Positions 19,872 through 30,123 of a stretch of DNA of 64,000 bases are shown piece by piece. The notes under the pieces are model-generated. The model did no database searches, was not told the origin of the DNA, and saw nothing but the letters and a program-made list of their open reading frames with translations. Positions within the stretch are counted from its first letter, which is position 1, and every line of letters starts with the position of its first letter. The DNA is taken from the IMG/VR virus record IMGVR_UViG_3300042482_001698, positions 1 through 64,000 of that record; one strand, given 5' to 3'. The position numbers were made by a program, and so were the translations under genes. This DNA comes from a virus.

Positions 19872-21398
19872 ATGACAATTTACAATGATACAATGTCTGA
19901 TGGCGTCTTGTTAGATGGCACTTCACTTGTTTCTAAGGAAACAAGTTTGGAAGCATCTGGAGGCGTACTTGCAAATGGAATTTTTAATTTTTATTTGATT
20001 TTTGACAAAATTTCAGAAGATGGCATTTCACTTGATGGCAGCATACTTCTTATTCAAGAATTCAGCAATGATCAATTAATCACATATGCCACAGACGCAC
20101 AGTTTGATTTTGATATTTCATTTGTTTGGACAACAGGTATTGTTGCTCAATATTGGTATGTAGTAGAGGGTTATGTTTGGCCTCCAGATGACACTCAATG
20201 TCTTGACATAACTGTTCAGGAAAGACAAAATTTTATTCAAACAATTTTGGCAACAAATGTTTCTGATTTGTGTTCGCAATTTTCTCGTCAGGATTTGAAC
20301 TGGGAAATTGTAAACATTAAGCGTTATGCTCGTCCTGCTGATTTTACTTTGCCTCGTCCAGATTCATATTGTAATAATTTAACCAAATTAGTTTCAGCGA
20401 CATGTCCTGAATTTTCAGTAAGTGTTAGAGCTTTGACGAAAATAGGCGCTCATTCGGTAGCAATGACAGTTTTAAAATATAGTGGTTCAGGAACTGCTAA
20501 ACTATCTGGCAATGCTGACACCATAATATCTAGCGGTGCTGTAACTCCAGTTGTTGGAAGTTATTTATATGATCCTAGTTTTGATCCTATTTATACTGGC
20601 GGTTCTGCCGAAGTGAGTTCTTCTTGGGATGCAATTCTTTTGACATATGCTGGTGTTTCTGCTACATTGTCACAAGAGCAAATTATTTTTGGTACTGGAG
20701 TATCTGTAAGTGATTTAGTGGCTCCCAAAAACACTATTGCAACTGCTTGTGGCTCATGTATAGCTTTCCCTTTGAATTTGTACATTGAACACAACATCAA
20801 TAATCAAAGTGTTTTTTATAATTTTATTCAGCGAAATGGGTTGACTTTGCCTATTTCTGTTTTAGTTTCGTATAATGCCAAACTAGGTATTTGGGTTGGT
20901 CATCAGCATTTTACTGGTTTATCTGATGATAATATAAATCAAGAAAATTGGAGATTTACATTTGAATGGTCGTGTTTAAGTGAATATGGCGGTGAAGAAA
21001 TTGGCACGCCAAATTTAAAGTTTGCTATTTCTGTCATCAAAAAGAATACTGGGACAGCTGTTAATATTGAAAGTCGTATTGTGGTATTATTTCCTTCTGA
21101 TGAAGTTTGTAATTTAGTTAGAAATTTTAAAGATAGTTTGTCTTTTAGCTTGAACACTAAGACAAATTTTATTTATAATTCAAATGGCATTACTGCAAAC
21201 AGTGTTTTTCTTAATGATAAGATTGGTTTGTTCAATTCTTTATATTGGACAAATAATCCGGGTTTAAATATAAGAATTTCTAGCAGCGGACTCAGCACAA
21301 AGGTTGAAATGAAAGACATTAGTTCTATATTCCCAGCCCCCGATACTTTTTATCAGCAAGGTCAAGTGTTCGGCAATTCCAATACTTTGGTTAAATAG
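19872..21398 (+). CDS. Probable virion structural protein
   Basis: 508 aa, beta/S/T-rich; TAAATA upstream. Confidence 0.55.
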   Translation: MTIYNDTMSDGVLLDGTSLVSKETSLEASGGVLANGIFNFYLIFDKISEDGISLDGSILLIQEFSNDQLITYATDAQFDFDISFVWTTGIVAQYWYVVEGYVWPPDDTQCLDITVQERQNFIQTILATNVSDLCSQFSRQDLNWEIVNIKRYARPADFTLPRPDSYCNNLTKLVSATCPEFSVSVRALTKIGAHSVAMTVLKYSGSGTAKLSGNADTIISSGAVTPVVGSYLYDPSFDPIYTGGSAEVSSSWDAILLTYAGVSATLSQEQIIFGTGVSVSDLVAPKNTIATACGSCIAFPLNLYIEHNINNQSVFYNFIQRNGLTLPISVLVSYNAKLGIWVGHQHFTGLSDDNINQENWRFTFEWSCLSEYGGEEIGTPNLKFAISVIKKNTGTAVNIESRIVVLFPSDEVCNLVRNFKDSLSFSLNTKTNFIYNSNGITANSVFLNDKIGLFNSLYWTNNPGLNIRISSSGLSTKVEMKDISSIFPAPDTFYQQGQVFGNSNTLVK

Positions 21399-21406
21399 AG
21401 GGATTT

Positions 21407-21712
21407 ATGGAATTAATTATTTATTCGTTAGTTTTGTTGATTGTGATTGTTAATTCAGTCTTCTTATTCTTTCTTGGTGTTTATCTTGTTAGATTGAGCG
21501 ACAGAATAAATTTAATGATGTCTGATCTTATAGCAATTATTTCTCAGGAACCTTCAGTTGCGCCTCCTACTCCTTCTGTTGCAAAGAAAAAACCAACAAC
21601 TTGGGATGAAAAATATGAAATGGAATTAGAATCAGTTCAAAGAAGATTGCGGATTGATTCAGGTCTTTCTGATTTGCCAAACAGTCCGTCTTATGATTTA
21701 CCGAACAAATAA
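21407..21712 (+). CDS. Membrane protein
   Basis: Long N-terminal hydrophobic helix. Confidence 0.7.
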   Translation: MELIIYSLVLLIVIVNSVFLFFLGVYLVRLSDRINLMMSDLIAIISQEPSVAPPTPSVAKKKPTTWDEKYEMELESVQRRLRIDSGLSDLPNSPSYDLPNK

Positions 21713-21781
21713 TAATCTTCAAAAAATTGCTTGCTTGTGCCGATCAAAATGGCTATGATCCTGTGCATTCGGAGAAGTGAA

Positions 21782-22789
21782 GTGGATCAATTAAAATTGA
21801 AATACAAAAAATTTGATAGTCTCCGAAGATTCGGAGTCGAAATAGAGGTAGGCAGTGAAGTAAAAAAGAAAGTTGTGCAAACGGCTATTATGGCATCATC
21901 TAAATATGATGCTCATGTAAGCCGATACTCTCTTTCTACGAACAATCGTTACTGGCACATTAAAGATGATGCAACGTGTGGGATCAAGGGTCGTAAAGGT
22001 CCTAAAGGCGTAGAAATAGCTTCTTTTGTTGGCCATGGAATTAATGATATTAATCATATATCTTTCATTGCTTCCAAGTTGTCAGAAATAGGATGTCGTG
22101 TTAATGAAAATTGCGGTCTTCATGTTCATGCGGAAGTCAGCGATCTTTCTGTTGAGCAAGTGAGTATTTTCATGGCTCATTGGATAAAATTAGAAAAAAT
22201 TTTTAGTTTAATTTTACCGATGCGTAGAAATAAAAGCGAATATTGTAAGTTCATATTTCCAATTGATGTTGAAAAAAACGAAAATAATATTTGTCGGGAC
22301 AAGTTTTACTCACCTGATAATTTATGGAGTATGCTTTCTCCGAAAAATTTGAGTTATTACGACAACGATGATCGTCGATACAATTTAAATCTTGTCAATT
22401 TAGTTCGAGCAATTAAGTATAATCACAATAATAGAAAAACAATTGAATTGAGATGGCCAGAAGGAACTCTGGACCCTCGTGACATTCGTTGTTGGGTAAA
22501 ATTGTTTTTGATTTTTATAGAAAATTGTAAAAATAAAAAAATGCCTACCAATTTAAAATCTTGCAATTTAAAAGAGGCGCTTGATTATTTCGGATTATTG
22601 AATACGAACAATAATTTTTCAATCATGAGTGCTTCAATTCAAGAAACTAAAACATGGTTTCTTGAAAGAATTATTGATTATAACCCTGATGCAATCATTT
22701 TTCACAAAGATGAAAAATTGGTTAAAATAGCGGATGAGGCAAGATTGATCTTGAATGAAATGTGGAGGCCAATTCGTGTTTATTCTTGA
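21782..22789 (+). CDS. Putative amidoligase (COOH-NH2 ligase type 2)
   Basis: RFGVEIE, W.IKDD, GVEIAS, CGLHVH, TIELR. Confidence 0.8.
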   Translation: MDQLKLKYKKFDSLRRFGVEIEVGSEVKKKVVQTAIMASSKYDAHVSRYSLSTNNRYWHIKDDATCGIKGRKGPKGVEIASFVGHGINDINHISFIASKLSEIGCRVNENCGLHVHAEVSDLSVEQVSIFMAHWIKLEKIFSLILPMRRNKSEYCKFIFPIDVEKNENNICRDKFYSPDNLWSMLSPKNLSYYDNDDRRYNLNLVNLVRAIKYNHNNRKTIELRWPEGTLDPRDIRCWVKLFLIFIENCKNKKMPTNLKSCNLKEALDYFGLLNTNNNFSIMSASIQETKTWFLERIIDYNPDAIIFHKDEKLVKIADEARLILNEMWRPIRVYS

Positions 22790-22853
22790 TTTTTATTTAA
22801 AGCAACTATATAATCTAACTAGTTAACTACCAACCTACTTTTAAGGAACTTTC

Positions 22854-23369
22854 ATGAACACAAAAGAAATTAACAATCTTATTGTTTCAAACATTGGTTA
22901 TGCTGAAAAAATTGCTAAAATAAAAAAACGTAAAATAACTCATATACCATACGATGACCTTCGTTCTGCTGCTTTTTTTGGTTTAGTTCAAGCAGCAAAC
23001 CGCTTTAATCCAAAAAAAAATGATAATTTTTTGTTGTATGCTTATGCTCGAATAGTTGGCTCGATTAGTGATTATTTGCGTGAATTGAAGTGGTGTAAAA
23101 ATAATTTGGAGAAAAAAGAAGTTGATTTTGAAATGATACAATCTCGTAATGTTTTCATTTCGGATAATTTTACAGAAGATTTTGAAAAATTGATAGGCAA
23201 TGTTAATATTGTTAAATATAAAGAAATTTTAAGAGAATATTATTTAATGGGCAAAAACCTTCAATCAATTGCTTCTCAATATAATGTTAAAATATCAATG
23301 GCATCTCAAATGCTTTCAAGTGCTAGGGATAAGCTAAAAACTCAATTAGAGAAAAATCAAATAAACTAG
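22854..23369 (+). CDS. Sigma-70 family factor (FliA/WhiG-like, regions 2 and 4)
   Basis: DDLRSAAFFGLVQAANRFNP...YAYARIVGSISDYLR; C-terminal HTH. Confidence 0.8.
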   Translation: MNTKEINNLIVSNIGYAEKIAKIKKRKITHIPYDDLRSAAFFGLVQAANRFNPKKNDNFLLYAYARIVGSISDYLRELKWCKNNLEKKEVDFEMIQSRNVFISDNFTEDFEKLIGNVNIVKYKEILREYYLMGKNLQSIASQYNVKISMASQMLSSARDKLKTQLEKNQIN

Positions 23370-23408
23370 TGAGCAACTAAATAATTACAAATGTATTCAA
23401 GGTGAATT

Positions 23409-24281
23409 ATGAAAAAATCAATTTTTATATCATTAATTTTTATTCAATCTCTTATTGCTCAAGATAATTTACCAGCGACAACTGCAATTGATGTTGTTGC
23501 TGATGATCCTGAAATAAAAAATTTAGAATGGAATCGGTATGTTACAAATAATTTTACAATTTTAAGCATTGATGATAAAAAAGGGAAAGAAATTAGCGAA
23601 AACATTGAATCGATAAAGGCATCAGCCTTGATTCGTTGGGGCTTCCCAGATGTGAAATTCAACAAAGAATGTCGTATTTTTTGTGTTCCCAATTATAGTC
23701 TTCTAAAGAAGTTGTTTAATATAAACACTGGAAAGGTGCAGCTTAGAAAAGAAATCAATGTTATTTGGTGTATCGGTGATGACAATCCAAGCAGATCTCT
23801 TCTTCCTTTTGTTACTCAGGTTTGTTTGTCTGAATATGAAACATCTAAGTCAACAGTTCTGCCATTTTGGTTTAAACGTGGATGCATCGCTATCAATAAT
23901 TCTATTCCAGATGTTAAAGATTTATTGAAATCTTTCAATGATGTTGCTCGAAAAGAACAATTTACTTATTCTTCTGAGCAGATGTTTACAGTTGCCGAAG
24001 ATGATTATAATAAGCAGAACACAGAAAGTAAAAAGATTTTTGATCAGCAGGCGGCTTGTTTATGTTTAATGCTCCGTAAGGAATTTGGGGAAGCTAAGCT
24101 TCAGGGCTTTATAAGGTTGCAAATAAAGAATAAACCAGAAGATGTCTTAAGACTCATTTATGGTTTCAGCAGTTTTTCAAATTTTGACAAACAATATGTT
24201 CGGTACATGAAAGATTTGTGTTCTGATATTGTTGACGAAAAAACGCCAGATTCGTATCTGGAAATAAAACCGTCCAATTAA
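23409..24281 (+). CDS. Secreted peptidase-MA-like protein with degenerate active site
   Basis: Signal peptide. YVTNNF...LLPFVTQVCL...PFWFKRG stands where PHEVTH...PxWxxEG is expected. Confidence 0.5.
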   Translation: MKKSIFISLIFIQSLIAQDNLPATTAIDVVADDPEIKNLEWNRYVTNNFTILSIDDKKGKEISENIESIKASALIRWGFPDVKFNKECRIFCVPNYSLLKKLFNINTGKVQLRKEINVIWCIGDDNPSRSLLPFVTQVCLSEYETSKSTVLPFWFKRGCIAINNSIPDVKDLLKSFNDVARKEQFTYSSEQMFTVAEDDYNKQNTESKKIFDQQAACLCLMLRKEFGEAKLQGFIRLQIKNKPEDVLRLIYGFSSFSNFDKQYVRYMKDLCSDIVDEKTPDSYLEIKPSN

Positions 24282-24374
24282 ACGTCTCTGCCGACTGATT
24301 CTATGTTTGATTTAGCAAGTTTTATGGTTGATGCAAGAATTGCACAATTTTACACTTTTTAGAAAGCAGATTTT

Positions 24375-24674
24375 ATGTTTTTTATTTTTTCGTGGCTCAT
24401 TTTTGGTTTAATTGTTGGATGTCTTGCAAAATCTTTGCATCCCGGCGATGAGCCGATTGGATATGTGCCAACTTTGGCTATTGGCGTTGTTGGTTCTTTT
24501 ATTGGCGGTGGAATCAATTATGTTCTTGGAATGGGCCATAATCCCTTTCAGGCATCAGGTCTTTTGATGTCAATTATTGGCGGAATTATTTTTTGTGCAG
24601 CATGGAGATACTATAAACTTAAAAGTTCAGATGGTGGTCCTAAAAGTTTTTTGATGGGTAAAAAGATTCGATAA
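24375..24674 (+). CDS. GlsB/YeaQ/YmgE (transglycosylase-associated) membrane protein
   Basis: WLIFGLIVGCLAK..PG...GVVGSFIGG...SIIGGII. Confidence 0.85.
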   Translation: MFFIFSWLIFGLIVGCLAKSLHPGDEPIGYVPTLAIGVVGSFIGGGINYVLGMGHNPFQASGLLMSIIGGIIFCAAWRYYKLKSSDGGPKSFLMGKKIR

Positions 24675-24709
24675 TTTGTTTTCTTTCTTATAGATGAGTA
24701 CAATTTTAT

Positions 24710-24934
24710 ATGCTTGATCAAACAGTTGTAGCGAAATTAAAAGAAACATATTCACAATTGCATCCGCTTTTGTTCCATCGTTCTTTAGAGAGATCTAAAA
24801 CCAATGGAGATTTATTTGATATCATCGATACGGTTCCAAAGGTTTATCCCTTGCTGTGGAACGAAAAGGACAATAGGTGGTCAACTGTGAGTGACCCTTA
24901 TTTAATTGAACAGTTTTTAAGCGACTTTAAATAA
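24710..24934 (+). CDS. Hypothetical protein
   Basis: 74-aa ORF. Confidence 0.65.
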   Translation: MLDQTVVAKLKETYSQLHPLLFHRSLERSKTNGDLFDIIDTVPKVYPLLWNEKDNRWSTVSDPYLIEQFLSDFK

Positions 24935-24942
24935 TAATCTAT

Positions 24943-25596
24943 ATGCGTTTATATGAAGAATATTTAAGTAGACATCAAATTAATGATGTGCCAATGGTAC
25001 ACCATGCATTAAATTCTTGTATATTTTTTAAATTAAAAGATATAAATTTGTGGGCTGAATTAGTTAATCAATCTTCAATCCAAACATATAAGCCTTTATA
25101 TGGAATTTTTCAAGTTCGATGGATTCAAAGTGATCACCATCCCGGCCATTACGAAGCCTCTATTTACAATCAAATTCACGATGGATATGCACAAGATAAA
25201 ATACTAAACACTTGTCAAATAGCAAACTTGAAGTGGCATGAATATGAAAACTTCATGCAGATTTATACAAAAAAATTCAAAAAATTTGAATTAATCAAAG
25301 GTCAAAACGAAACATTTTTGGCAGGATGGGAAATGTTCGTTGGTGCTTTTGATGGTTGGTTTGCCAAGCAAGGAGGAGATATAAAATATATGCTATTCCA
25401 ATCTTTAGATGAAGATGTTCCAGTTAATTTCAGAATGGAATATGCAAGTGAAATATTAAGAAAAATTTCTCATTTTCACACATCAGTTATGAGAAGTTGG
25501 AAAAACGAAGTTTTTCAAAAGATACAAAATTACTCTGAATGGCTTGTTAAATTAATTGAAAAAGATGAAAAAGAATTATTGCCCTGTAAAGATTAA
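24943..25596 (+). CDS. Hypothetical protein
   Basis: 217-aa ORF; TAAATA upstream. Confidence 0.7.
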   Translation: MRLYEEYLSRHQINDVPMVHHALNSCIFFKLKDINLWAELVNQSSIQTYKPLYGIFQVRWIQSDHHPGHYEASIYNQIHDGYAQDKILNTCQIANLKWHEYENFMQIYTKKFKKFELIKGQNETFLAGWEMFVGAFDGWFAKQGGDIKYMLFQSLDEDVPVNFRMEYASEILRKISHFHTSVMRSWKNEVFQKIQNYSEWLVKLIEKDEKELLPCKD

Positions 25597-26404
25597 GAAC
25601 CCTAGTTCTAAAAATTCTTTGGTCCAATTGTTATCGGGCCAAAAAATGAATATATTTTTTGATGGTAAAGACTATCAAGACTATAAAATTGATATTTTAG
25701 GTACATTTTTGAAAGTTGATGAAGTTTCTGAAACATCCAATGGTTGGATGACATCAATATCTCAAAAAAAAGATATTATCAAATACAATGAAAGTACATT
25801 GTTCCTTGGTGGAATTAATTTTTTTGATGGTAATAATGAGAATAAGTCTTCTCTTTGTGTTGTAAGTAATCATAAAAACGATGATTATCTTAGAGTCATT
25901 AATCCTAAAAACATTAGTTGCAACTTAAGACCCAATCAGGTTTTAGATGTTGTTGTTCATAGCGACATAGCCGAAAAATGGCAATGTTTTATTTCTTGCG
26001 GTGATTTGCACCTTGAACTGATTCAAAATTCAACCAGAGTTGAACGAAACATATGTGATGGTGAATTTGATTCACAACCTGCTTTTGAATATTTTTTTAG
26101 ATTTAGATTTGATCAAAAAAGCATTGAATACTTGTCAGAATTACCTTTTTCTAAATATGATGGCGGTCATATTATATTCATTAATTCAAATAATGAAAAA
26201 AGAATAATTAAAGTTTATTGTTCTTGGCGAGGTAAAAGTTCTATTTACAAGGCTTTACTTTTGCCTAAAATACCCACAACAAACATTAATTTTTTGGGCA
26301 AAAAACCTAAAAAATGTGTTCACTCAGTCGTTGTTGTAAGTAGAATTAAGTCAGAAGAATTAGAATTCGGATGCAATGTTTTATTTTCAAAGGTTGAAAA
26401 ATGA
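25565..26404 (+). CDS. Hypothetical protein
   Basis: ~280-aa ORF. Confidence 0.7.
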   Translation: MKKNYCPVKIKNPSSKNSLVQLLSGQKMNIFFDGKDYQDYKIDILGTFLKVDEVSETSNGWMTSISQKKDIIKYNESTLFLGGINFFDGNNENKSSLCVVSNHKNDDYLRVINPKNISCNLRPNQVLDVVVHSDIAEKWQCFISCGDLHLELIQNSTRVERNICDGEFDSQPAFEYFFRFRFDQKSIEYLSELPFSKYDGGHIIFINSNNEKRIIKVYCSWRGKSSIYKALLLPKIPTTNINFLGKKPKKCVHSVVVVSRIKSEELEFGCNVLFSKVEK

Positions 26405-27072
26405 AAACACAAGCCAAAGTTATAAAATTGCCAATTAGGAATATAACTTTGGCCTATTGCAATCCAGCAATAAGTAGCTTTGGTTTAGAATCAGAAAACC
26501 ATAAAGTAAATCACTGGGATCATTGTAGAGAACAGTTTGCAGCTAAGTTTACTGAAAACACCAAAGGCTTTTATTTTTCTCATAAACCTGATATGGAAAA
26601 AGAAATTGTAGGACTAATCAAAAAATTTGAAAATGTTTTGCATAAAAGTAAAAATTTCTCTAACTTCCAATACACTAAATTTGCAAAAACAAATGTTCAA
26701 TCAATAATTTATATCGAGCCTTCGCCATTTTGGCTCGACTGCTACTTTAAGAGGTCAATTTACACTTTGATTGTAAGATGTGGTCATAATTATAAAATAA
26801 AAGAAGATAATTTCGATGAAGCTCTATTCGGCGTTCAATACAAAGAATCATCTTGTCTAATCGATACAAAGCCAGCCGTAATGAGATTTATGTTCGGCTT
26901 CACCAAATATACTGGAATCAGTCCTGTTGTCGGACAATCTACAGTAATAAAACATGGATGGAAAGAAGAATTTTACAAATTAGATGAAAATGAAATTAAA
27001 CAAAGATTAATTCTACCAGAAAATATAAAGAAAAAAATCAATATTGTTGGCGCAGATTCTCTGTGGGCTTAA
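26401..27072 (+). CDS. Hypothetical protein
   Basis: ATGA-coupled 223-aa ORF. Confidence 0.7.
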   Translation: MKTQAKVIKLPIRNITLAYCNPAISSFGLESENHKVNHWDHCREQFAAKFTENTKGFYFSHKPDMEKEIVGLIKKFENVLHKSKNFSNFQYTKFAKTNVQSIIYIEPSPFWLDCYFKRSIYTLIVRCGHNYKIKEDNFDEALFGVQYKESSCLIDTKPAVMRFMFGFTKYTGISPVVGQSTVIKHGWKEEFYKLDENEIKQRLILPENIKKKINIVGADSLWA

Positions 27073-27084
27073 CTGGAGACTTTT

Positions 27085-27858
27085 ATGTCGTGGTTTTTCA
27101 CTGCTGATACTCATTTTGGACACGGAAATATAATTAAATACTGCAAAAGACCATTTTTAAATAAAGAAGAATTAGATTTTTGCGATTTAATTAAGCGTGG
27201 CATTGTACCACATACTGAATTGAAAATTAGCAAAGAAACAATTGAATTGATGGACGAGACAATTATTCAAAATATTAACTATTCTGTTGGCAAAGATGAC
27301 AACCTAGTCATAATAGGAGATTTTTGCCATAATGGGAAAAAAGAAAAAATCAAAGAATATAGAAATCACATAAAATGTAAAAATGTATATCTGATTTTAG
27401 GAAATCATGATGATAGAAAAAATTCAATAGATGTTTTTAAATCTGTATATGAAAATTATCTTTTTAACATTGATGGGCAAAGCATTTTCACCAGTCACTA
27501 TCCAGCAAGATCTTGGGACAAAGCATCAAAAGGATCTTGGATGCTCTACGGACACGTTCATAATGCTTACTATGAAGAAGACAATGGCAGAATTTCTTCT
27601 TATCACAGTAGGATTTTCAACGATGGATTTGCCTCTGTTCTTGAAAGACATGGAATAAAAAATAAATTAATCATAAATGATCTGTTGGCAGTTTGTGCGT
27701 CAGTCAACGGAATTGATCTTACTCTCGATGTTGGCGTAGACAACATTCGTGAAGGTGTTGGATTTGGAACACCTTGGAGCATGAAAGACATTCGTGATTA
27801 CATGGCAAATAAAATGACAATGTGGCTGGCAAGGAAAACTATGTCAAAGTTGATTTAA
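27085..27858 (+). CDS. Calcineurin-like metallophosphoesterase
   Basis: DTHFGH, GDF, GNHD, HYP, GHVH. Confidence 0.9.
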   Translation: MSWFFTADTHFGHGNIIKYCKRPFLNKEELDFCDLIKRGIVPHTELKISKETIELMDETIIQNINYSVGKDDNLVIIGDFCHNGKKEKIKEYRNHIKCKNVYLILGNHDDRKNSIDVFKSVYENYLFNIDGQSIFTSHYPARSWDKASKGSWMLYGHVHNAYYEEDNGRISSYHSRIFNDGFASVLERHGIKNKLIINDLLAVCASVNGIDLTLDVGVDNIREGVGFGTPWSMKDIRDYMANKMTMWLARKTMSKLI

Positions 27859-27877
27859 ATCTCACCTTGGTTTTTTC

Positions 27878-27906
27878 TTTACATTCATCGTCTACTGCTG
27901 TATAGT
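27878..27906 (+). promoter_or_regulatory. Sigma70-type promoter
   Basis: TTTACA-17 nt-TATAGT. Confidence 0.65.
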
Positions 27907-27981
27907 GTCTTTGCGTGTTGCAGAACACGGGGTTTAGCGTGAACCTGATATTACGCTTTTTTGGTATGGAAGTGCCACGAG

Positions 27982-28326
27982 ATGATTAAGAACTTGATCG
28001 CTTTGACTTTGACTATGGTTGTTGTCACCACTAGCATTCAAGCTAGACCATTCAATAAGACCACTAAGACAACCAATTCTAGTCGTCCTATTGCTAATGC
28101 TGTTTCTCACAGTCTTTCTTCTGCTCAAGCCGTAGCCAACCATATGTCTAAAATTGGAAGGATTGGACACTTTGGAGGCAACCCGTATTCCCGTGAAGGA
28201 GTTGGCATGGGCGGAACTGCACAACAAGCCATTCGCAACTGTTGCTTCTATGGGCAATATTCCATCAAAGATCAAGGTGTAGCTCAAGGAAGTAATGGCA
28301 TGTGGTATGCTTGCAATCGATATTAA
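27982..28326 (+). CDS. Secreted CAP/SCP-like protein of planctomycete type
   Basis: Signal peptide; AQAVANHM...GHFGG...EGVG...AIRNCCFYG...GVAQGSNGMWYACNRY. Confidence 0.7.
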   Translation: MIKNLIALTLTMVVVTTSIQARPFNKTTKTTNSSRPIANAVSHSLSSAQAVANHMSKIGRIGHFGGNPYSREGVGMGGTAQQAIRNCCFYGQYSIKDQGVAQGSNGMWYACNRY

Positions 28327-28484
28327 TCGTATTGGGCCAGCAATACTGCATATTGTGTGTCTTGGGCAAGATGACATAGTGTGTTGTTAAGTGTTACTGG
28401 CCCGATTTATCCTAAAGATCGGGACTTTTGTCCCGATCTTTTTCGTTTCATACTATATTATTTTGTCAATCATCGAGGAATAAA

Positions 28485-29294
28485 ATGGAACCTAAATTTT
28501 TTATTGGTCAACGAGTTATTTTCCAAAATCAAATCTCAGTTATTCTTTCGCAAAAAGAAAATTCAGATGGCATCAATAAGTATTATTGTCAAATAGGAGA
28601 ATCTGGACTCACAATGTGGGTTCTTGAAAATAATTTAGAAGATGGCAATCCTACTGGACCACCTTTGACTCATTTTAATCGAAGAACACCTCACTTAATC
28701 ATTGTTGATAGTTTTTATAAAAATCCTGATGAAATTCGTTCTTTTGCCATGGAACAAGAATTTGAAGCTGATAATAGATTTTATAAGGGTAAGAGAACTA
28801 AAGAAAGATTCCTTTGGCCTTTCCTTAAAGAAGAATTTGAGCGTATTATCGGCAGGCCAATTATCGATTGGCTCAATCAGCCTGCTAACGGGTGCTTCCA
28901 AATTACAGGCTATAATGATCCACTTGTCTATCATAGCGATGCTCAAAGCTACGCAGCAGCAATTTATTTGACTCCATTTTCACCACCATCTGCTGGCACA
29001 AGTTTTTGGAGGGATAAAAAACATCATTCTCGTCGTCCAACAAATCATCCTTTAGAATTTGATAGATTCCAAACTGATGACCAACGCAGAGCAGCAGATG
29101 AAGAAATTTACAACGATTATAACATACTCCATCCAGATAATTGGGAATTAGTCGATAAGGTTGGAGCCATTTATAACAGATTGGCAATTTGGGATGCGAA
29201 AATGATTCACTCAGCAAGCACCTATGAAGGACTACAAAGTGATGTCGTTGACAAGGCAAGAATGGTTCAACTTTTCTTCTTTACTGTTAGATGA
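28485..29294 (+). CDS. 2OG-Fe(II) oxygenase (DUF6445-like) with small N-terminal domain
   Basis: IIVDSFYKNPDEIR, HSD, AAAIYLTP, GTSFW, YNRL, HSA, RMVQLFF. Confidence 0.8.
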   Translation: MEPKFFIGQRVIFQNQISVILSQKENSDGINKYYCQIGESGLTMWVLENNLEDGNPTGPPLTHFNRRTPHLIIVDSFYKNPDEIRSFAMEQEFEADNRFYKGKRTKERFLWPFLKEEFERIIGRPIIDWLNQPANGCFQITGYNDPLVYHSDAQSYAAAIYLTPFSPPSAGTSFWRDKKHHSRRPTNHPLEFDRFQTDDQRRAADEEIYNDYNILHPDNWELVDKVGAIYNRLAIWDAKMIHSASTYEGLQSDVVDKARMVQLFFFTVR

Positions 29295-29318
29295 CGCTTT
29301 TGGTAATATTTTAATGTT

Positions 29319-29352
29319 AAAATATCTCTCTTTATGGAGAGATATTTTTTTT
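29319..29352 (+). terminator. Intrinsic terminator
   Basis: AAAATATCTCTC-ttatg-GAGAGATATTTT plus T run. Confidence 0.65.
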
Positions 29353-29396
29353 TAACATATATAATATAAGATAAAATTTTCCGTAGAGGAGTTTTC

Positions 29397-30104
29397 GTGG
29401 AAAATAATGAAGTACAAGCACAAGTTGAATTAATTCGTTCTGATGCATTGGCAGATCAGAACATTGGCGATACACCAATTAAATGGGATAGCTGTATGGG
29501 TGACCCCGAAGCAGTCGCAAACGCTGAATTTGATGGCAATAATTTTACTGCATATTATGATAATATAAATCAGGGCGTTTACCTAACAGAAGCCACAGCT
29601 GATACAAAAGGTTCTTTATATTGGGATAAAGATTTTGATTATACTAAAAACATTTATATTTCTGGTACATTTCTTGCTGGAGGAGAAGGAGCAGTAGATG
29701 ATGGAGACGGAATAACTGTTTTTTTTGGTGTAGATGATAGTCTAACAGTTTCAAGTGACGCAACAAATGGAATAGCTGTATTTTTTGATGAATATAATGA
29801 TGATGTTGTTAAAGTATACAAAAACGGAGTCTTGATTGACACAACATTTAACACAAATTTGACGTTAGATGATCTTCAGTGGAGAAAATTTGAAATTATC
29901 TATGAATACATAGACAGTTCAAGCGCCTTTGTTCAAGTCCAAATAGATAATGTATATGTTTGCCGTGTTGATGTTGGGTCTTGGGTAGGTGACGCAGGAA
30001 CATATATCGGCGCAAGCGGTTGGTGCGGTGCAGCAGATAACAATCACCAATGTAAATCATTTGATGTCAAAAACGCAAATCCTTGGCTGGCACTAAACAG
30101 ATAA
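29397..30104 (+). CDS. L-type (legume) lectin/ConA-like protein, paralogue 1
   Basis: LT...GSLYWDK...GDGITVFF...IAVFFDEYN. Confidence 0.6.
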   Translation: MENNEVQAQVELIRSDALADQNIGDTPIKWDSCMGDPEAVANAEFDGNNFTAYYDNINQGVYLTEATADTKGSLYWDKDFDYTKNIYISGTFLAGGEGAVDDGDGITVFFGVDDSLTVSSDATNGIAVFFDEYNDDVVKVYKNGVLIDTTFNTNLTLDDLQWRKFEIIYEYIDSSSAFVQVQIDNVYVCRVDVGSWVGDAGTYIGASGWCGAADNNHQCKSFDVKNANPWLALNR

Positions 30105-30123
30105 TTTGATAAAGGAATAAATT

